Source: Ilumatobacteraceae bacterium
GTDB taxonomy: Bacteria; Actinomycetota; Acidimicrobiia; Acidimicrobiales; Ilumatobacteraceae
Direction: 5' to 3'
Length of the DNA stretch: 24,000 nt
Assembly: GCA_041394605.1 (NCBI GenBank)
Contig: JAWKHX010000010.1
Coordinates: forward strand, 86,223-110,222
Position numbers and translations under genes: made by a program. Every line of letters starts with the position of its first letter. Within the stretch, counting starts at the first letter, position 1. Below the pieces are notes generated by a model. It saw nothing but the letters and a program-made list of their open reading frames with translations, was not told where the DNA came from and did not search any database. Positions 21,545 through 24,000 of this stretch are shown here, piece by piece.

Positions 21545-23675
21545 ATGACTGCTCGCCGCCGGATCCTCGTGCTGGGTGGTGGCCCCGCGGGCCTCTCCAC
21601 CGCCCTCACGCTCACCGACCCCGCCCTGCATCCCGACTGGCAGGACCACTACGACGTCACCGTGCTGCAGCTCGGCTGGCGGGCCGGCGGCAAGGGGGCC
21701 ACCGGACGTCGCGGCGAGGTGGCACTGGCGGACGGCGAGTGGCGGCTCACCGGCGACGGTCGCGTCGAAGAGCACGGCATTCACCTGTTCGGCAACATGT
21801 ACGTCAACTCGTTGCGCACCCTGCACACCTGCCTCGGCGAGCTGGAACCCACCGCCGGCGAACCCCGGGCCACCATGGACAACCAGCTGCGGCCGAACAA
21901 CTACATCCAGCTGGCCGACTACTTCTCCGGCCGCTGGAACCTCACCCCCCAACACCTGCCCCACAACGACCTCAGCCCCTGGGGCGACGCTGACTACCCG
22001 GACCTCAGCGTGCTGTTCCGTGAGCTCCTCCACCTCGCCGGCGGGCTGGTGGCCGAGGCGCTGGGGTACGCGGGCGACGGGCCGGAGGGGCAGGAGCACC
22101 TGAGGGCGCTGCAGGCGCTGCACACCCACCACGCTGCGCATCCGCACCCGCCGAACGCCACCCACCACGCCGAGGCCATCCACCGGCTGGAGCACGCGGT
22201 CGCCTGGGTGCTGCACGTCCTGAACCACACGGAGAGCTGGCGGGAGCACTGGGCACTGCTGCGTTCGGTGTACTGCCAGCTGGAGCTGTACCTCACGGTT
22301 GCGAAGGGCGTGGTGGCCGACGACATCGTGGGTCGCGGCATCAACTCAGTGGACGGTGAGAACTTCATGGACTGGTGCCGCCGCCATGGGATGAGCGAGA
22401 CGGCGGTCAACAGCAGCCCGGTGCAGATGCCGGCCGAGATGTGCTTCCAGTTCCCCCACGGCGACACCGCGCAGGACCCCCAGTTCAGCGCGGCCGGCTA
22501 CCTGTGGTTCGTGCTCCGCCAGGTGCTGGCGTGCGGGCAGGCCACCTACTGGTTCCACCGTGGCACGGGCGACACCGTGATCGCTCCCTTCTACCGAGTG
22601 GCGGTGCAGCGGGGGTGGAGTTCCGCTTCTTCCACAAGGTCAGCGAGGTCCGCCTGACGGCCGACGGTGCCGCCATCGGCGAGATCGTCGTGGACATCCA
22701 GGCCACCACTGCGGACGGCAGCCCCTACCAGCCGCTGGTGCGCCTCGACGACGGCACCTGGGCCTGGCCGGACCGGCCGATCTACGCCCAACTGGCGCAG
22801 GGTGCCGCGCTGCGGAGGGCGACGTGGATCTCGAGTCGTGGTGGAACGGATGGGCACCGGTTGCCCAGGTCACGCTGGTCGCCGGCCACGACTTCGACGA
22901 GGTCGTGTTCGCGATGCCACTGCCGTGCCTGCCTCACGTGGCACCCGAGGTGGTGGAGGCTGCTCCGTGGCGGCAGTCCGTGGACGTGCTGGGTGGCCTG
23001 CCGACGCTGGCCGCGCAGATCTGGACCAATCGCAGCGGCGCCGAGCTCGGCTTCCCGAGGCTGCACGGCACCGACCGTGTGGTCGGTGGCGCCGCCGTGC
23101 CGCCGCTGGGCTTTTCCGACATGACCGACGTGCTGGCGGCGGAACAATGGTCCACGGTCTACGCCGCTGCGGACTGCCCCCAGGCTCTCGTCTACCTGTG
23201 CGGCCCGCTGCAGCACCGCGGCCCGTGGCCACCGTTCACCGATACGGAGACGCCCGCGCGCGAGGCCGAACGGGCCAAGGCCACGGTCGTCCAGTGGCTG
23301 CGCACGGCGACCTCGGTGATGCCGGCGAGCGGCACGCTGGCGGTCACGCCGCAGTCGTTCGACTTCGCTGCCCTATGGTGCCCGCCCGGCAGCAGGGCTG
23401 TTGGCGAGGAGCGTTTCGAGGCCCAGTACTGGCGAGCCAACATCGACCCCAACGAGCGCTATGTGCCCTCGCCGCCCGGGTCGCTCGGCGCCCGCCCGCA
23501 GGCGTGGGAGAGCGGCTTCCCCAACCTGGTGCTGGCCAGCGACTGGATCTATACGGGCCTGAACATCGGGTCGTTCGAGGCGGCGGTGATGTCCGGCATG
23601 CTCGCGGCTCACGCGCTCACCGGCCTCCCCACCCTGGACGACATCTCCGGGTACCGCTTCGGGCAACCGCTGTGA
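21545..23675 (+). pseudogene. large FAD-dependent oxidoreductase of the amine-oxidase/phytoene-desaturase superfamily, split over three frames as given (~710 aa if repaired)
   Basis: Frame 1 from ATG 21545: MTARRRILVLGGGPAGLSTA (GxGxxG), EEHGIHLFGNMYVN ... TVIAPFYRVAVQRG. Frame 2 from about 22615: VEFRFFHKVSEVRLTADGAAIGEIVVDIQATTADGSPYQPLVRLDDGTWAWPDRPIYAQLAQGAAL. Frame 3 from about 22818: GDVDLESWWNGWAPVAQVTLVAGHDFDEVVFAMPL ... LASDWIYTGLNIGSFEAAVMSGMLAAH (C-terminal FAD motif), stop 23673-23675. The pieces correspond to ORFs 21305..22657, 22375..23124 and 22824..23675. Confidence 0.75.
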
Positions 23676-24000
23676 CCTCGCCGTCCATCCCTGGGTACGG
23701 GCCGCTGCAGTTGCTGACGGCAACCGGGGAGGACGGCACGTTCCGCTCCACCGACGCGGCTGGTCGGACCGTGGTGATCCACACCCACCTGGCCGACCTG
23801 CCGACGCCGGCGTTCCGCGAGCGGTTGCGGCGGCACCGCGACACGCTCGCGGCGGTGCGTCACCCCGGGATCGCCCCGCTGCTGGACGCGATCGACAGCC
23901 CGTCCCGGTGCGCCCTGGTGGCAGCCTCGCCGACCGGCCCCTCGCTGGCCAACACCGACCTGCGGTCCCTGTCGCTGCTGGACGTGCTGCAGGTGGTGCT
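23672..24000 (+). CDS. Ser/Thr protein kinase-like protein, N-lobe only (runs off the right edge); possible pseudokinase
   Basis: Absent from the ORF track (no stop in window). GTG 23672 overlaps the upstream stop 23673-23675 (GTGA). Manual translation: VTSPSIPGYGPLQLLTATGEDGTFRSTDAAGRTVVIHTHLADLPTPAFRERLRRHRDTLAAVRHPGIAPLLDAIDSPSRCALVAASPTGPSLAN... This lines up with bacterial STPK subdomains I-V. High GC3. Confidence 0.6.
   Translation, partial: MTSPSIPGYGPLQLLTATGEDGTFRSTDAAGRTVVIHTHLADLPTPAFRERLRRHRDTLAAVRHPGIAPLLDAIDSPSRCALVAASPTGPSLANTDLRSLSLLDVLQVV

Noticed and set aside
1-24000. Looked for CRISPR arrays, rRNA/tRNA genes, IS elements, integrases, toxin-antitoxin pairs or recognisable defence genes
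   Set aside because: None was found. The only non-coding repeats are the GA tract and the short TTCGATTTCG-type motifs, which lack CRISPR repeat-spacer periodicity. No transposase-like or recombinase-like ORF is present.

Overview
Very GC-rich, actinobacterial-type chromosomal DNA. Third codon positions are almost all G/C, so each real gene casts long stop-free shadow ORFs in other frames, and most of the ORF track is such shadow. I can support 20 protein-coding genes, two of them cut by the window edges. I found no rRNA, tRNA, CRISPR array, transposase or integrase. Gene order: hypothetical (-, left edge), Lrp/AsnC regulator (-), class-III aminotransferase (-) | alpha/beta hydrolase (+), crotonase-fold protein (+) | small conserved hypothetical (-, frame-broken), XRE-cupin regulator (-), LLM flavin oxidoreductase (-) | 454-bp gene-free structured spacer | MFS transporter (-), OsmC-like protein (-, frame-broken), DEAD-box helicase (-), 1006-aa kinase-M23-PLP fusion enzyme (-) | KAS III (+), lipoprotein (+) | two-domain glycosyltransferase (-), small coiled-coil protein (-), DMGDH/sarcosine-dehydrogenase-like flavoprotein (-) | hypothetical (+), ~710-aa FAD oxidoreductase (+, two frame breaks), kinase-like protein (+, right edge). 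The theme is amine, amino-alcohol and one-carbon catabolism plus envelope glycosylation. It does not look like a mobile or defence island. Five things are most worth a second look. (1) The tri-domain APH-kinase / M23 peptidase / ETNPPL-like phospho-lyase fusion and its tight operon with a DEAD-box helicase, OsmC and an MFS pump. (2) The 6287-6740 spacer, which holds a 40-nt pure purine run with seven G-runs, a 16-17 nt long-range inverted repeat around a palindrome-dense core, a GC hairpin and an AT-rich perfect palindrome. (3) A 13-bp perfect inverted repeat centred in the 100-bp divergent region between the fusion gene and KAS III. (4) Frame breaks in three otherwise well-conserved genes; the two I can localise sit in short G runs, and the other two lie in GC-rich stretches. 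(5) A kinase-like ORF whose N-lobe has His in place of both the VAIK lysine and the alphaC glutamate. All family assignments come from motifs read by eye, and no database search was possible.
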